DNA from: Actinomycetota bacterium
GTDB lineage: Bacteria; Actinomycetota; Acidimicrobiia; Acidimicrobiales; Ilumatobacteraceae
Length of the DNA stretch: 43,847 nt
Assembly: GCA_005793785.1 (NCBI GenBank)
Contig: SXPW01000140.1
Location: 1 to 43,847, forward strand
Direction of reading: 5' to 3'
The notes beneath the pieces were generated by a model. The model was not told where the DNA came from. It saw only the letters and a program-made list of their open reading frames with translations, and did not search any database. This document shows, piece after piece, positions 9,084 through 18,182 of this stretch; the stretch's first letter is position 1, and every line of letters starts with the position of its first letter. A program made the translations under genes and the position numbers.

Positions 9084-9760
9084 GACTGCAGTCGATAACC
9101 CAAGCCACGCACGGTGACCACGTGACGTGGATTCGCGGGATCGACCTCGATCTTCATTCGGAGTCGCCGCACGTGCACGTCCACGAGACGTCCGTCCCCG
9201 AAATAGTCGTAGTCCCACACCTTCTCGAGCAGCGCCTCCCGACTGAACACCCCGCTCGGATTCCCGGCGAGGACGCACAGCAGCTTGAATTCGGTCTTGG
9301 TGACCGGCACATCGACGCCACGCAACGTGACTCGGCCCTCCTCGGGAACGATGACGAGTTCGCCGAAGTTCAGGGTGGCATGCGGCTGGTCGCCCGGGCG
9401 GACTCGGCGCAGGAGCGCGCGAATCCGGGCCGAGAGTTCCTTGGGTGCGAACGGCTTGGTGAGGTAGTGGTCGGCGCCGGCTTCGAGTCCCGCGACGACA
9501 TCATGGGTGTCGCTACGGGCTGTCACCATCACGATGGGCACGCTGCTCTTGGCCCGAATCTGGCGACACAACTCGAAACCGTCGATGCCGGGCAACATGA
9601 TGTCGATAAGCACCACGTCCGCGGCTTGGGCGGTGAAGTGGGCGACCGCAGCTTCGCCGGTGGCGGCCTCATCCACGGTCCAGCCTTCATCCTCCAGGGC
9701 GAGTCGTACCGAGGCACGAATTCGTTCGTCGTCCTCGACGGTGAGGATTCGCGTACCCAC
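9080..9760 (-). CDS. OmpR/PhoB-family response regulator (MtrA-like)
   Basis: Receiver domain (TVEDDE...DVVLIDIMLPGIDG...TKPF) plus a winged-helix C-terminus (VVTVRGLGYRL). Confidence 0.92.
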   Translation of the reverse strand: MGTRILTVEDDERIRASVRLALEDEGWTVDEAATGEAAVAHFTAQAADVVLIDIMLPGIDGFELCRQIRAKSSVPIVMVTARSDTHDVVAGLEAGADHYLTKPFAPKELSARIRALLRRVRPGDQPHATLNFGELVIVPEEGRVTLRGVDVPVTKTEFKLLCVLAGNPSGVFSREALLEKVWDYDYFGDGRLVDVHVRRLRMKIEVDPANPRHVVTVRGLGYRLQS

Positions 9761-9785
9761 GAGGCACCAAGGTAGTGCCGTGTCG

Positions 9786-9805
9786 CGGCGGTCGCGAGAC
9801 CGCCG
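9786..9805 (-). terminator. GC-rich hairpin immediately 3' of the IMPase gene (possible intrinsic terminator without a U-tract)
   Basis: cggcggtc-gcga-gaccgccg forms an 8-bp perfect stem with a 4-nt loop, starting 3 nt after the IMPase stop (9809-9811) as read on the minus strand. There is no U-run, so function is uncertain. Confidence 0.35.
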
Positions 9806-9808
9806 TTG

Positions 9809-10609
9809 CTACAGCGAGGGGTGGGGATGCAACCGTTGCGCGGCGACGAGCATTTCCGAGAGTGCGTCGAAAATTCCCGGTGCGGAGACGAGCACCTCCG
9901 CAGGGCGAAGTTCGCGCCCGGCAAAATCGCCGCTACGAGCGCCCGCCTCACGGGCGATCAGTTCGGCGGCGAGGATGTCCCAGGAGTGCAGGTTCTCCTC
10001 GAAATACGCATCGAGTCGACCGCAGGCCACGAAACAGATGTCGACGGCCGCTGCTCCCATTCGTCGCACGTCGCGTATCCGATGGATGAACTCCGTGACG
10101 CGATGCGACTGCACCGTGCGATGCTCGGGTGTGTAGCTGAATCCGGTGGCAACGAGTGCCTTGCTCACGTCGTGGAGGTTCGACGTGCGAATCAGGGTCC
10201 CGTTCAGGGTTGCCCCACCGCCGCGATGCGCCGAGAACATCTCGTCGAGATCCGGCAGGTAGACGGCCCCTGCAACCGCTCCTTGCGTGTCGCGAACGCC
10301 GATCGACACGCACCAGGTGGGAAGTCCGTACATGAAACTCGTCGTGCCGTCGATGGGGTCGACGTGCCACTCCAACCCCGACGTGCCGCGATGGCCGCCA
10401 CCTTCCTCGCCGACGATCGAGTCGTCCGGTCGTTCCGTGCGCAAGCCCTCGATGATCATCGCCTCCGACTCCCGGTCGAATTTCGTGACCATGTCGGTGT
10501 CGGTGAGCTTGGTGCCGACCACCTGCATGCCGCCACTCCTTCCCGCGCGGGCGTGATTTCCCGCGCTACGGGCAAGTCGCTCGGCAAGCGTTCGCAATTC
10601 CATGCTCAC
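9809..10609 (-). CDS. inositol monophosphatase-family phosphatase (SuhB/HisN/CysQ-like)
   Basis: WHVDPIDGTTSF (DPIDGT motif) and WDILAAELIAREAG (WD..A motif). 266 aa. Confidence 0.88.
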   Translation of the reverse strand: MSMELRTLAERLARSAGNHARAGRSGGMQVVGTKLTDTDMVTKFDRESEAMIIEGLRTERPDDSIVGEEGGGHRGTSGLEWHVDPIDGTTSFMYGLPTWCVSIGVRDTQGAVAGAVYLPDLDEMFSAHRGGGATLNGTLIRTSNLHDVSKALVATGFSYTPEHRTVQSHRVTEFIHRIRDVRRMGAAAVDICFVACGRLDAYFEENLHSWDILAAELIAREAGARSGDFAGRELRPAEVLVSAPGIFDALSEMLVAAQRLHPHPSL

Positions 10610-10890
10610 GACCCGCTCGCATCGGTGTGGCGGGCGATTGCATCACCTCGTTCGCGCCATTCACCCATCGCACGCAAACCGAGAACCGCGACGACGCTCA
10701 TCCCGAGGGCAAAACCGACCGAGCCGACAAACATGCCCGCTCCCGACGCGACGGTGCAGTCGGTGGAGCACTGCACGTCGACGAGGGCGTAGCCGATGGC
10801 GCCACCCGCGAGTCCGCCGATCAGCACCGACGAGAATGCAACGATTCGCGCACCACGCGACGGCAACGCCGAGAGCGGACGGTCATTCAT
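10606..10890 (-). CDS. small hypothetical membrane protein (2 predicted TM helices)
   Basis: 94 aa with hydrophobic stretches IVAFSSVLIGGLAGGAIGYALV and MFVGSVGFALGMSVVAVLGL. Its stop overlaps the IMPase start by 4 nt. Confidence 0.5.
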   Translation of the reverse strand: MNDRPLSALPSRGARIVAFSSVLIGGLAGGAIGYALVDVQCSTDCTVASGAGMFVGSVGFALGMSVVAVLGLRAMGEWRERGDAIARHTDASGS

Positions 10891-10922
10891 CGCACCATCA
10901 CCGTATTACTAAGGTTGCCCGC

Positions 10923-12200
10923 ATGTCGGCGACTGGTGCGGAGTCACCCGTCACCCCGACCATTGCGCCGCCGCGTCGCATCCTCCACGTCGATATGAAC
11001 GCGTTCTTCGTGGCGTGCGAACAATTGCGCCGACCCGAATTGGTCGGCAAGGCGGTGGTGGTGGGCGGGTCGGCGAAACGGGGGGTCGTCGCTGCCGCGT
11101 CGTACGAGGCCAGACAATTCGGAGTTCGCTCCGCGATGGCATCGTCCCAGGCAAGCCACCTGTGTCCGCACGCCATCTTCCTCGATGGTGATCACGAGTA
11201 CTACGGTGCTGTGAGCGCGAGGGTATTCGAGGTGTTCCGCCAGTTCACTCCGCTCGTCGAGGGGCTATCACTCGACGAAGCCTTCCTCGACGTGAGTGGG
11301 GCGCGGCGAATCTTCGGTGAGGCACGAACCATCGCCGTCAACGTTCGAGAAGCCGTTCGCACCCAGGTGGGACTGGCGTGCAGCGTGGGCATCGCCACTT
11401 CCAAATTCATCGCCAAACTGGCGACGGATTTTGCCAAGCCGCGGGCAACGCGCGAGCGGATCGATGCAGGACCAGGGGTGTTCGAGGTGCCGCCGGGGGA
11501 GGAAATCGCGTTCCTCCATCCGCTCGACGTCGGCATGCTCTGGGGGGTTGGTCCGGTGACGCTCGAAAAACTCCACGGCATCGGTCTGCGAAAGGTTGGC
11601 GACGTCGCGGCGTGCGATCCGCGCGTCCTTGAATTGGTTCTGGGAGTTGGCGGTGCCCAACATCTGTTCGACCTCAGCCGGGCCATCGACGATCGTGCGG
11701 TGGAGCCCGAGCACGAAGCCAAGTCGATCGGTAGCGAGGAGACGTTCGGTGACGATGTCACCGATGCCCAGGAGTTGCGTCGGCACCTGCGTCGAATGGC
11801 GGAATCGGTGGCTCGTCGCTGTCGCGAACAAGGAATCGCCGCCCACACCATCACCCTGAAGGTTCGTTACGGCGACTTCAGTAACGTCACACGTTCGCGC
11901 ACCGTCGCGACACCCGTCGACACGACGCAATCCATCGTGCCCGTGACCGAGGAGTTGCTCGCGGACATCGACGTGCAACGCGGCGTGCGATTGGCGGGAA
12001 TCGGCCTGCGGAACTTCGGGCAACCCGACACCCAGCTGAGTCTCTTTGTCGAACCGGCCGACGTCGTCGACCAGGAATGGAGGGTCGCGTCGCGGGCCGT
12101 CGACGACATTCGGGCGAAATTCGGCGACGACGCCATCGGTGCCGGGCAGGTCGACGAGACACGCAACACACCCTGGGGTCCGCGACGTGACGAACACTGA
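10923..12200 (+). CDS. dinB: DNA polymerase IV (Y-family)
   Basis: From ATG 10923: ILHVDMNAFFVACEQ, SLDEAFLDVSG, and the little-finger region. The upstream 107 codons of ORF 10602..12200 lie antisense to the membrane-protein gene and are discounted. Confidence 0.92.
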   Translation: MSATGAESPVTPTIAPPRRILHVDMNAFFVACEQLRRPELVGKAVVVGGSAKRGVVAAASYEARQFGVRSAMASSQASHLCPHAIFLDGDHEYYGAVSARVFEVFRQFTPLVEGLSLDEAFLDVSGARRIFGEARTIAVNVREAVRTQVGLACSVGIATSKFIAKLATDFAKPRATRERIDAGPGVFEVPPGEEIAFLHPLDVGMLWGVGPVTLEKLHGIGLRKVGDVAACDPRVLELVLGVGGAQHLFDLSRAIDDRAVEPEHEAKSIGSEETFGDDVTDAQELRRHLRRMAESVARRCREQGIAAHTITLKVRYGDFSNVTRSRTVATPVDTTQSIVPVTEELLADIDVQRGVRLAGIGLRNFGQPDTQLSLFVEPADVVDQEWRVASRAVDDIRAKFGDDAIGAGQVDETRNTPWGPRRDEH

Positions 12201-12304
12201 TCAACCAAGCAGACGTTTGTCGGGCACGTTGTGGCGCAGTCACACCTCCCTACTACGCTCGCTAGCAATGGATCGCACCCGAACTTCTCCACGAGGCCAC
12301 CGAC

Positions 12305-12658
12305 GTGCCGCTGTCTGACAACGAACAGCAGATTCTTCGTCAAATCGAGGCCCAACTCGAGAGCGACGAACGCTTCGCCCAGGCCGTCTCGCCGTCGGGT
12401 TTGTATCGTCCAGCCGTCAAGAAAGTTCGCTGGGCGGTACTGGGTGCAATTGCCTCCCTGGCATTGGTGTTCGTCGGTCTGCAATTCCATTTCACCGCCG
12501 GGTTCGGCGGGTTCGCCCTGATGTTGCTCTGCGTACTCGTCATCGAGCGTGAATTGCGCAAGGTGGGCAAGGTCGGCATGCGTGACTTCGGCACGATGCT
12601 GCGAACCACCCGTGAAAACGCCAAACAGATGCGCGACAAGATGGGACGAAACCAGTAA
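12305..12658 (+). CDS. DUF3040-like small membrane protein
   Basis: GTG 12305. N-terminus PLSDNEQQILRQIEAQLESDERF is followed by two hydrophobic segments, a pattern I recognise from actinobacterial DUF3040 proteins found near dcw clusters. Confidence 0.72.
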   Translation: MPLSDNEQQILRQIEAQLESDERFAQAVSPSGLYRPAVKKVRWAVLGAIASLALVFVGLQFHFTAGFGGFALMLLCVLVIERELRKVGKVGMRDFGTMLRTTRENAKQMRDKMGRNQ

Positions 12659-12701
12659 CGACGGCGCGCCACGGTGTGCGAACGTTGATGGCACCCGAAC
12701 G

Positions 12702-13586
12702 ATGACGTCCGAACGAGCATTCCTCGCCGTCGACATCGGCGGCACGAAATTGTCGTGTGGTGTCGTCACCTCCGGTGGTGAGGTGCTCTCGCGTGCACGA
12801 TGCGACACCCCCGAAAGCCAAGTGTGGGAGGCGTTGGCGGCACTCGTCAGGCGAGTGCAGACCGACGCAACGTCGCTTCGCACCGCGACGGGTCAGACGG
12901 TCGAACTCGTGGCGTGCGGAGTGGGCTCCGGAGGACCAATGTCCGACGAGGGCGACAAGGTTTCGACGCTCAGCATCCCGTCATGGCGCGAGTTTCCCCT
13001 GCGGTCGTCGCTCGCTCAAGCGACGGGATTGCCGACCTTCGTCGACAACGATGCCAAGGCCATCGTGCTCGGAGAGACATGGTGTGGAGCAGCAGTGGGA
13101 CATCGGGACGTCATCGGCATGGTGGTATCCACCGGCGTCGGGGGCGGCATCATCACCGACGGTCGGTTGCTCGACGGCAACACCGGCAACGCGGGACACA
13201 TCGGGCACATCAACGTGGTTCCGAATGGACGGCTTTGCAAGTGTGGAGCGCGGGGATGTTTGGAGGCCGTCGCCTCGGGAACGGCGATTGCGGCGATGAC
13301 GGGTCGGCCCGCGGCGGAGGCGTCCTCCGTCGTCGTGCACCAAACTGGTGTCTACGTTGGTCGGGCCGTGGCGTCGGTGGCGGCGCTGTTGGACCTGCGG
13401 CTCGCGGTGATCGGTGGATCGGTGGCACTCGGATTCGGCGAGGCGTTCTATCGCGCCGCTCAGGCAGAGGCAGACCGATACGCCACCATTTCGTTCGCTC
13501 GTGGCGTGCAGATTCGCCCGACGGGTTTGGGTGCCGATGCGCCGCTCGTCGGGGCGGCCGCCGTGGCACGACGGCACACGGCGTGA
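12702..13586 (+). CDS. ROK-family sugar kinase or regulator-less ROK protein (second paralogue)
   Basis: From ATG 12702: FLAVDIGGTK, DNDAKAIVLGE, CKCGARGCLEAVASG. Confidence 0.85.
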   Translation: MTSERAFLAVDIGGTKLSCGVVTSGGEVLSRARCDTPESQVWEALAALVRRVQTDATSLRTATGQTVELVACGVGSGGPMSDEGDKVSTLSIPSWREFPLRSSLAQATGLPTFVDNDAKAIVLGETWCGAAVGHRDVIGMVVSTGVGGGIITDGRLLDGNTGNAGHIGHINVVPNGRLCKCGARGCLEAVASGTAIAAMTGRPAAEASSVVVHQTGVYVGRAVASVAALLDLRLAVIGGSVALGFGEAFYRAAQAEADRYATISFARGVQIRPTGLGADAPLVGAAAVARRHTA

Positions 13587-13609
13587 CACCCTGAACTAGC
13601 GTTCTCCCC

Positions 13610-14830
13610 ATGCGTCCGACTTATACCCCCGAAGCCGAGGCCTACCGCGAGAAGGTGCAGGCGTTCCTCGCCGAGAAACTTCCCGCCGACTGGAAGGGCA
13701 TCGGTGCGCTCGATGGCAAGGAATTGGAACACTTCGTCGCCGAGTGGCGAGTCCACCTCGCGCAGTCGGGCTACCTGGCCCCAGGCTGGCCCGCCCAATA
13801 CGGCGGTGGCGGACTCTCCGCACTCGAACAAGTCATCGTGGCCGAGGAATTCACGCGCGCGGGCGTACCGACGGGGGCGATGAACGACGTCTTTGGCATC
13901 CAGATGCTCGGTAACACCCTGCTGCTCTTTGGAACCGAGGAACAGAAGCGCCACTACCTCCCACGCATCATCGCCGGCGACGACATCTGGTGCCAGGGCT
14001 ACAGCGAGCCCAACGCCGGTAGCGACCTGTCGAATCTGGGGCTCAAAGCCGAGCTCGACGGCGACGAATGGGTGCTCAACGGCCAGAAGATCTGGACGTC
14101 GGCCGGGCATCTCGCCACGCACATCTTCACCCTGGCTCGCACCGACCCGAGTGCGCCGAAGCACAAGGGCATTTCGTTCCTGCTCGTGGACATGCGTCAG
14201 CCCGGCATCGAGGTACGACCGATCAAGATGATTTCCGGCGAGAGCGAGTTCAACGAGGTGTTCTATACCGACGTTCGTGTGCCGAAGGACAACGTCGTCG
14301 GTGGTGTGAACAACGGCTGGGCAGTGGCCATGGCGCTCCTGGGATTCGAGCGGGGTGAAGCCGCGGCGACCGGTCCGATCAGGTATGAGGCGGAGTTCGA
14401 TCGACTCGTGGCGCTCGCCACCGAGCGCGGGGTACTGAACGATCCACGCATCCGACAGCGTCTGGCGTGGTGCTATTCGAAGGTGCAGGTCATGAAGTAC
14501 CTCGGTCGACGCACGCTGACCAAGTTCCTCGCAGGTCACCATCCCGGTCCCGATGGAGCAATCTCCAAGTTGTACTGGAGCGAATACCACAAGAAATCGA
14601 CCGAGCTTGCGCTCGACATCCTCGGCATGGATGCGCTGATTCCCGTGGGCCGCAAGCCGAGCACCGCGTTCCAAACCGACGATGCCGGCGCCCCGAATTC
14701 GTCGATGAGCTGGGCGATGACGTTCCTCAACGCTCGGGCCGGAACCATTTACGCCGGCTCGTCGCAGATTCAACGCAACATCATCGGCGAGATGGTGCTC
14801 GGACTACCGAAAGAGCCGAAGCCGAACTGA
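13610..14830 (+). CDS. acyl-CoA dehydrogenase
   Basis: 406 aa with GYSEPNAGSDL and a C-terminal GSSQIQRNIIGE, which are characteristic acyl-CoA dehydrogenase motifs. Confidence 0.9.
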   Translation: MRPTYTPEAEAYREKVQAFLAEKLPADWKGIGALDGKELEHFVAEWRVHLAQSGYLAPGWPAQYGGGGLSALEQVIVAEEFTRAGVPTGAMNDVFGIQMLGNTLLLFGTEEQKRHYLPRIIAGDDIWCQGYSEPNAGSDLSNLGLKAELDGDEWVLNGQKIWTSAGHLATHIFTLARTDPSAPKHKGISFLLVDMRQPGIEVRPIKMISGESEFNEVFYTDVRVPKDNVVGGVNNGWAVAMALLGFERGEAAATGPIRYEAEFDRLVALATERGVLNDPRIRQRLAWCYSKVQVMKYLGRRTLTKFLAGHHPGPDGAISKLYWSEYHKKSTELALDILGMDALIPVGRKPSTAFQTDDAGAPNSSMSWAMTFLNARAGTIYAGSSQIQRNIIGEMVLGLPKEPKPN

Positions 14831-14838
14831 GCCGCGCA

Positions 14839-15126
14839 ATGTACGGATCGACGTTTCTTGCCGTGGCTCGTCGTCCCGTTCTGTGGGGGACTACGGTGGT
14901 GCAGTTGTTCAGGCTGGCGCCGAACGGCTGGTGGCGTAGGGCACCTTTCCTGCCGAAACCGGATCGGCGTTACCTCCGGTTTCGGATGGAGACGCAGTAC
15001 GGTGATGCAATGCACCAGCCCGATGGTCGAGACGTCGTGGAATATCTGTCGTGGTGTCGTGCGCATGGGCGTGACCTGCGGTCGCGTCGTGCGGTGGATT
15101 TGCGCAGAAGAAGAGCCAGGGCGTAG
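14839..15126 (+). CDS. hypothetical protein
   Basis: 95 codons from ATG 14839 (MYGSTFLAVARRPVLWGTTVVQLFRLAPNGWWRRAPFLP...), tightly packed between the acyl-CoA dehydrogenase (8-nt gap) and HNH (5-nt gap) genes. The C-terminus uses rare AGA/AGG codons, so confidence is moderate. Confidence 0.45.
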   Translation: MYGSTFLAVARRPVLWGTTVVQLFRLAPNGWWRRAPFLPKPDRRYLRFRMETQYGDAMHQPDGRDVVEYLSWCRAHGRDLRSRRAVDLRRRRARA

Positions 15127-15131
15127 TCCAT

Positions 15132-15629
15132 ATGCGTAGCGCGCTCGTCCTCAATGCGACGTTCGAGCCGTTGAGCGTGGTGTCGGCGCGTCGGGCGATC
15201 TGTCTGGTGCTGGCGGAGAAGGCCGAGATCGTCGAGGACGACGGCACAGAGGTGAGAGCGGCGTCGCTCGTCATGCGCTCGCCGCTGGTGATTCGACTCA
15301 ATTACGTGGTTCGGGCCCCGTTCCGCCGACGCACCGCATTGTCGCGTCGGGCGGTGTTCGCTCGCGACGGATACAAGTGTCAGTACTGCGGACGACCCGC
15401 CGACTCGATCGATCACGTCGTGCCGCGTTCGCGCGGCGGTGAGCACGTGTGGGAGAACGTCGCAGCAGCGTGTCGCACCTGCAACCTGCACAAGCGAGAC
15501 CGCACACCGAAGGAAGCGGGCATGATGCTGGCCAAGGTGCCGCACACGCCGCGCGACATGGCGTGGATCACCGTCTCGGTGGTGCGGGTGCCGGAAGCCT
15601 GGAAGCAGTACCTCTCCGTCGCCTCGTGA
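15132..15629 (+). CDS. HNH endonuclease-family protein
   Basis: CQYCGRPADSIDHVVPRSRGGEHVWENVAAACRTCNLHK contains the HNH/zinc-finger core. 165 aa. Confidence 0.88.
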   Translation: MRSALVLNATFEPLSVVSARRAICLVLAEKAEIVEDDGTEVRAASLVMRSPLVIRLNYVVRAPFRRRTALSRRAVFARDGYKCQYCGRPADSIDHVVPRSRGGEHVWENVAAACRTCNLHKRDRTPKEAGMMLAKVPHTPRDMAWITVSVVRVPEAWKQYLSVAS

Positions 15630-16297
15630 GGGGTGACGCCGAAGCGCTACACCATCGGGAGATCGTCCCGAACGCCGCGGTGGAGGTGCTCGAGGTCACC
15701 CGCGCCGCAATGGTGCTCGGAAGTACGCAATCGTTCGACGTCGTCGATCGCGATCAGGCCGAACGCTTGGGCATGGATGTCGTGCGTCGACGCAGCGGCG
15801 GTGGCGCGGTGCTGTTGCAGCCCGATGATCATGTGTGGATCGACGTGACGGTGCCCCGCGGACACCGACTGTGGAACGACGACGTCGAGCGGGCCACGTG
15901 GTGGCTGGGCGACGTGTGGTGCGCCGCTTTGCAGGTGATCGATCCCATCGCCGAGTGGAAGGTGCACCGGGAAAAACTCCTCGCCAGCGGTCCGGAGCGT
16001 GTCGTGTGTTTCGCGTCGGTTGGTCCGGGCGAAGTGGTGCGCCGCGGGAAGCGGGACAACGACGGGGAGAAAGTGGTCGGCGAGAAAGTAGTCGGCATCT
16101 CACAGCGTCGTACCAGGGAAGCCGCACGATTCCAGTGCACGGTCTTTCGCCGTATCGACGTTGCGCTGTATCGGTCGCTCCTGCGCACACCCGTGCCGGA
16201 AGGATTGTCCCGCGCCACGGGCGTGGGCAACCGATTGGGCGATCTCCGCGCACGCGTGGAGATCGATTTGGTGCGGGCGCTCGAAATCGACCTCTAG
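15626..16297 (+). CDS. biotin/lipoate A/B protein-ligase-family protein (LplA/LipB-like catalytic domain only)
   Basis: GTG 15626 overlaps the HNH stop (GTGA). Motifs VVRRRSGGGAVLL and GEKVVGISQRR (conserved-lysine context) support the family. Confidence 0.72.
   Translation: MRGDAEALHHREIVPNAAVEVLEVTRAAMVLGSTQSFDVVDRDQAERLGMDVVRRRSGGGAVLLQPDDHVWIDVTVPRGHRLWNDDVERATWWLGDVWCAALQVIDPIAEWKVHREKLLASGPERVVCFASVGPGEVVRRGKRDNDGEKVVGEKVVGISQRRTREAARFQCTVFRRIDVALYRSLLRTPVPEGLSRATGVGNRLGDLRARVEIDLVRALEIDL
16067..16096 (+). repeat. 15-nt in-frame tandem duplication (GEKVV-GEKVV) inside the ligase-like gene
   Basis: gagaaagtggtcggc (16067-16081) is followed by gagaaagtagtcggc (16082-16096), with one synonymous mismatch. 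Confidence 0.8.
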
Positions 16298-18159
16298 CGA
16301 GACGCATCCTGCGACGCGGTGAACTCGCCGGCTCGAACCTGCCGTGCGTACGCCCCGTCGCGCGACATCAATTCGTCGTGCGTTCCGTGCTCGACGATGC
16401 GACCGGCCTCCAGAACGATGATTCGATCGGCGTTGATGATGGTGGAGAGTCGGTGGGCGATCACGAGCGCCGTGCGACCCTGCATCGCGTCGTCGAGAGC
16501 GGCTTGCACGAGTGATTCGTTCTCGTTGTCGAGGTGACTCGTCGCCTCGTCGAGGATCATCACCGCCGGATTCTTGAGCAGCAATCTGGCGATTGCGAGG
16601 CGCTGCTTCTCCCCGCCGGAGAAGCGGTAGCCGCGTTCGCCGACCACCGTTCGGTATCCGTCGGGGAGGGCCGCGATGGTGTCGTGAATACGGGCACCGC
16701 GACACGCCGCGACGATGTCTGCATCGGTTGCGCCCGGTCTGGCATACCGCAGGTTGGATTCGATGCTCTCATGGAAGAGGTGCGGGTCCTGGGACACGAC
16801 TCCGATGGCAGCGTGCAACGAATCGCCGGTCACATCCCGGACATCGTGACCGTCGATTCGAATCGCTCCGGCGGTGACGTCGTACAGACGGGAGACGAGT
16901 GCGGCGAGGGTCGACTTTCCCGAGCCCGAAGGACCGACGATGGCGACGGTCTCTCCGGGAGCGATGGTCAATGACACGTCGACGAGAATGTCGCGGTCAG
17001 GATCGCCGGTCGGGGTGCCCGGGGCCTCGAGGGAAGCGATCGATACCTCGGCGGCCGGCGGATATCGGAAACACACCCGCTCGAGTTCGAGTGCGCCGTG
17101 CGGTGCGACGAGGTCGTATGCGCCCGCCCGATCGGCGATCGAGACCGGTGCGTCGAGTACCTCGAAGACCCGGTCGAAACTGACGAACGACGTGAGGAGT
17201 TCGACCCGGGCATTGCTGAGCGCAGTGAGCGGCATGTACACCCGTGTCACCAGAGCCGCGAGTGCGACGAGCGTGCCCGAAGTGATGTCACCGGAGACCA
17301 CCAGTTGCGCGCCGATTCCGTACACGGCGACGGCTCCGAGCGCCCCGACGAGGCCGAGGGCGACGAAGAACACCCTCCCGTACATTGCGGCCAACACGCC
17401 TGCGTCACGCACGCCGACGGCGCGACCAGAAAATGCGTCGGATTCCTCCCGTTGTCGGCCGAAGAGTTTGACGAGGAGCGCGCCGGAAACGTTGAATCGC
17501 TCCTGCATCTGGGTGTTCATCTGGGCATTGAGGTCCATCTGTCTGGCGGCGATGGCTTGTAGTCGTTTGCCGACGCGGCGCGCGGGAACCACGAATGCCG
17601 GGAGCACGACGAGTGAGAGCAGCGTGAGGCGCCACTCCAGTGCAACCATCGCTCCCACCGTGGTGACGAGGATGACTGCATTGCTCACGGCGGTGCCGAG
17701 GGTGGATGTGACCGCGCTTTGGGCCCCGATCACGTCGTTGTTCAAGCGGCTGATGAGCGAGCCCGTTTGCGTACGGGTGAAAAACGCGATCGGCATGCGT
17801 TGCACCTTCTCGAACAGCGCCACCCGCAGGTCGTAGATGAGGCCCTCGCCAACTCGCGCGGAGCCCCATCGTTGGACGATGGCGAGCGCAGCCTCGGCCA
17901 ATGCAGCGAGCACGGCGACCAGCGCCAGCCACCACACGAGCCCGCGATTTCCGTCGGGAATGGCGGTGTCGATGATCGAGCGGAAGGCGAACGGAGGCAC
18001 GATGGCCACCAGCGCCGACGCAATGATCGCCGCAAGGAAGACCCCGATCGTGGAGGCATAGGGACGGGCGAACTGCCAGACCCGACGGAGGGTCTCACGC
18101 TCGAGCGACTGTCCAGCCACGGCACCCGCGTCCCGCGGAATGAGCGAGTGGGGGTGCAT
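16294..18159 (-). CDS. ABC exporter, fused permease and ATPase (MsbA/MdlB-like)
   Basis: Six-TM exporter domain followed by Walker A GPSGSGKST, signature FSGGEKQR and Walker B ILDEATS. I use ATG 18159 because the extra 48 upstream codons would run through the mraZ promoter/repeat region. Its stop overlaps the ligase-like gene's stop (CTAG). Confidence 0.9.
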   Translation of the reverse strand: MHPHSLIPRDAGAVAGQSLERETLRRVWQFARPYASTIGVFLAAIIASALVAIVPPFAFRSIIDTAIPDGNRGLVWWLALVAVLAALAEAALAIVQRWGSARVGEGLIYDLRVALFEKVQRMPIAFFTRTQTGSLISRLNNDVIGAQSAVTSTLGTAVSNAVILVTTVGAMVALEWRLTLLSLVVLPAFVVPARRVGKRLQAIAARQMDLNAQMNTQMQERFNVSGALLVKLFGRQREESDAFSGRAVGVRDAGVLAAMYGRVFFVALGLVGALGAVAVYGIGAQLVVSGDITSGTLVALAALVTRVYMPLTALSNARVELLTSFVSFDRVFEVLDAPVSIADRAGAYDLVAPHGALELERVCFRYPPAAEVSIASLEAPGTPTGDPDRDILVDVSLTIAPGETVAIVGPSGSGKSTLAALVSRLYDVTAGAIRIDGHDVRDVTGDSLHAAIGVVSQDPHLFHESIESNLRYARPGATDADIVAACRGARIHDTIAALPDGYRTVVGERGYRFSGGEKQRLAIARLLLKNPAVMILDEATSHLDNENESLVQAALDDAMQGRTALVIAHRLSTIINADRIIVLEAGRIVEHGTHDELMSRDGAYARQVRAGEFTASQDASR

Positions 18160-18182
18160 CTGCACCTCGTGACGATACCGAG

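Noticed and set aside
10602-10922. Upstream extensions of dinB (10602-10922) and likewise of murE (22147-22281), glpK (7897-7998) and ftsW (25924-26106)
   Set aside because: The extensions overlap neighbouring genes, are R/P/S-rich, and precede internal starts that reproduce the canonical N-termini.
15132-15629. HNH endonuclease as a marker of a restriction/defence system or mobile homing element
   Set aside because: There is no adjacent methyltransferase, ATPase, integrase, intein/intron context or flanking repeats, and its composition matches its neighbours. It looks like a stand-alone conserved HNH protein, so I cannot support a defence-system call.
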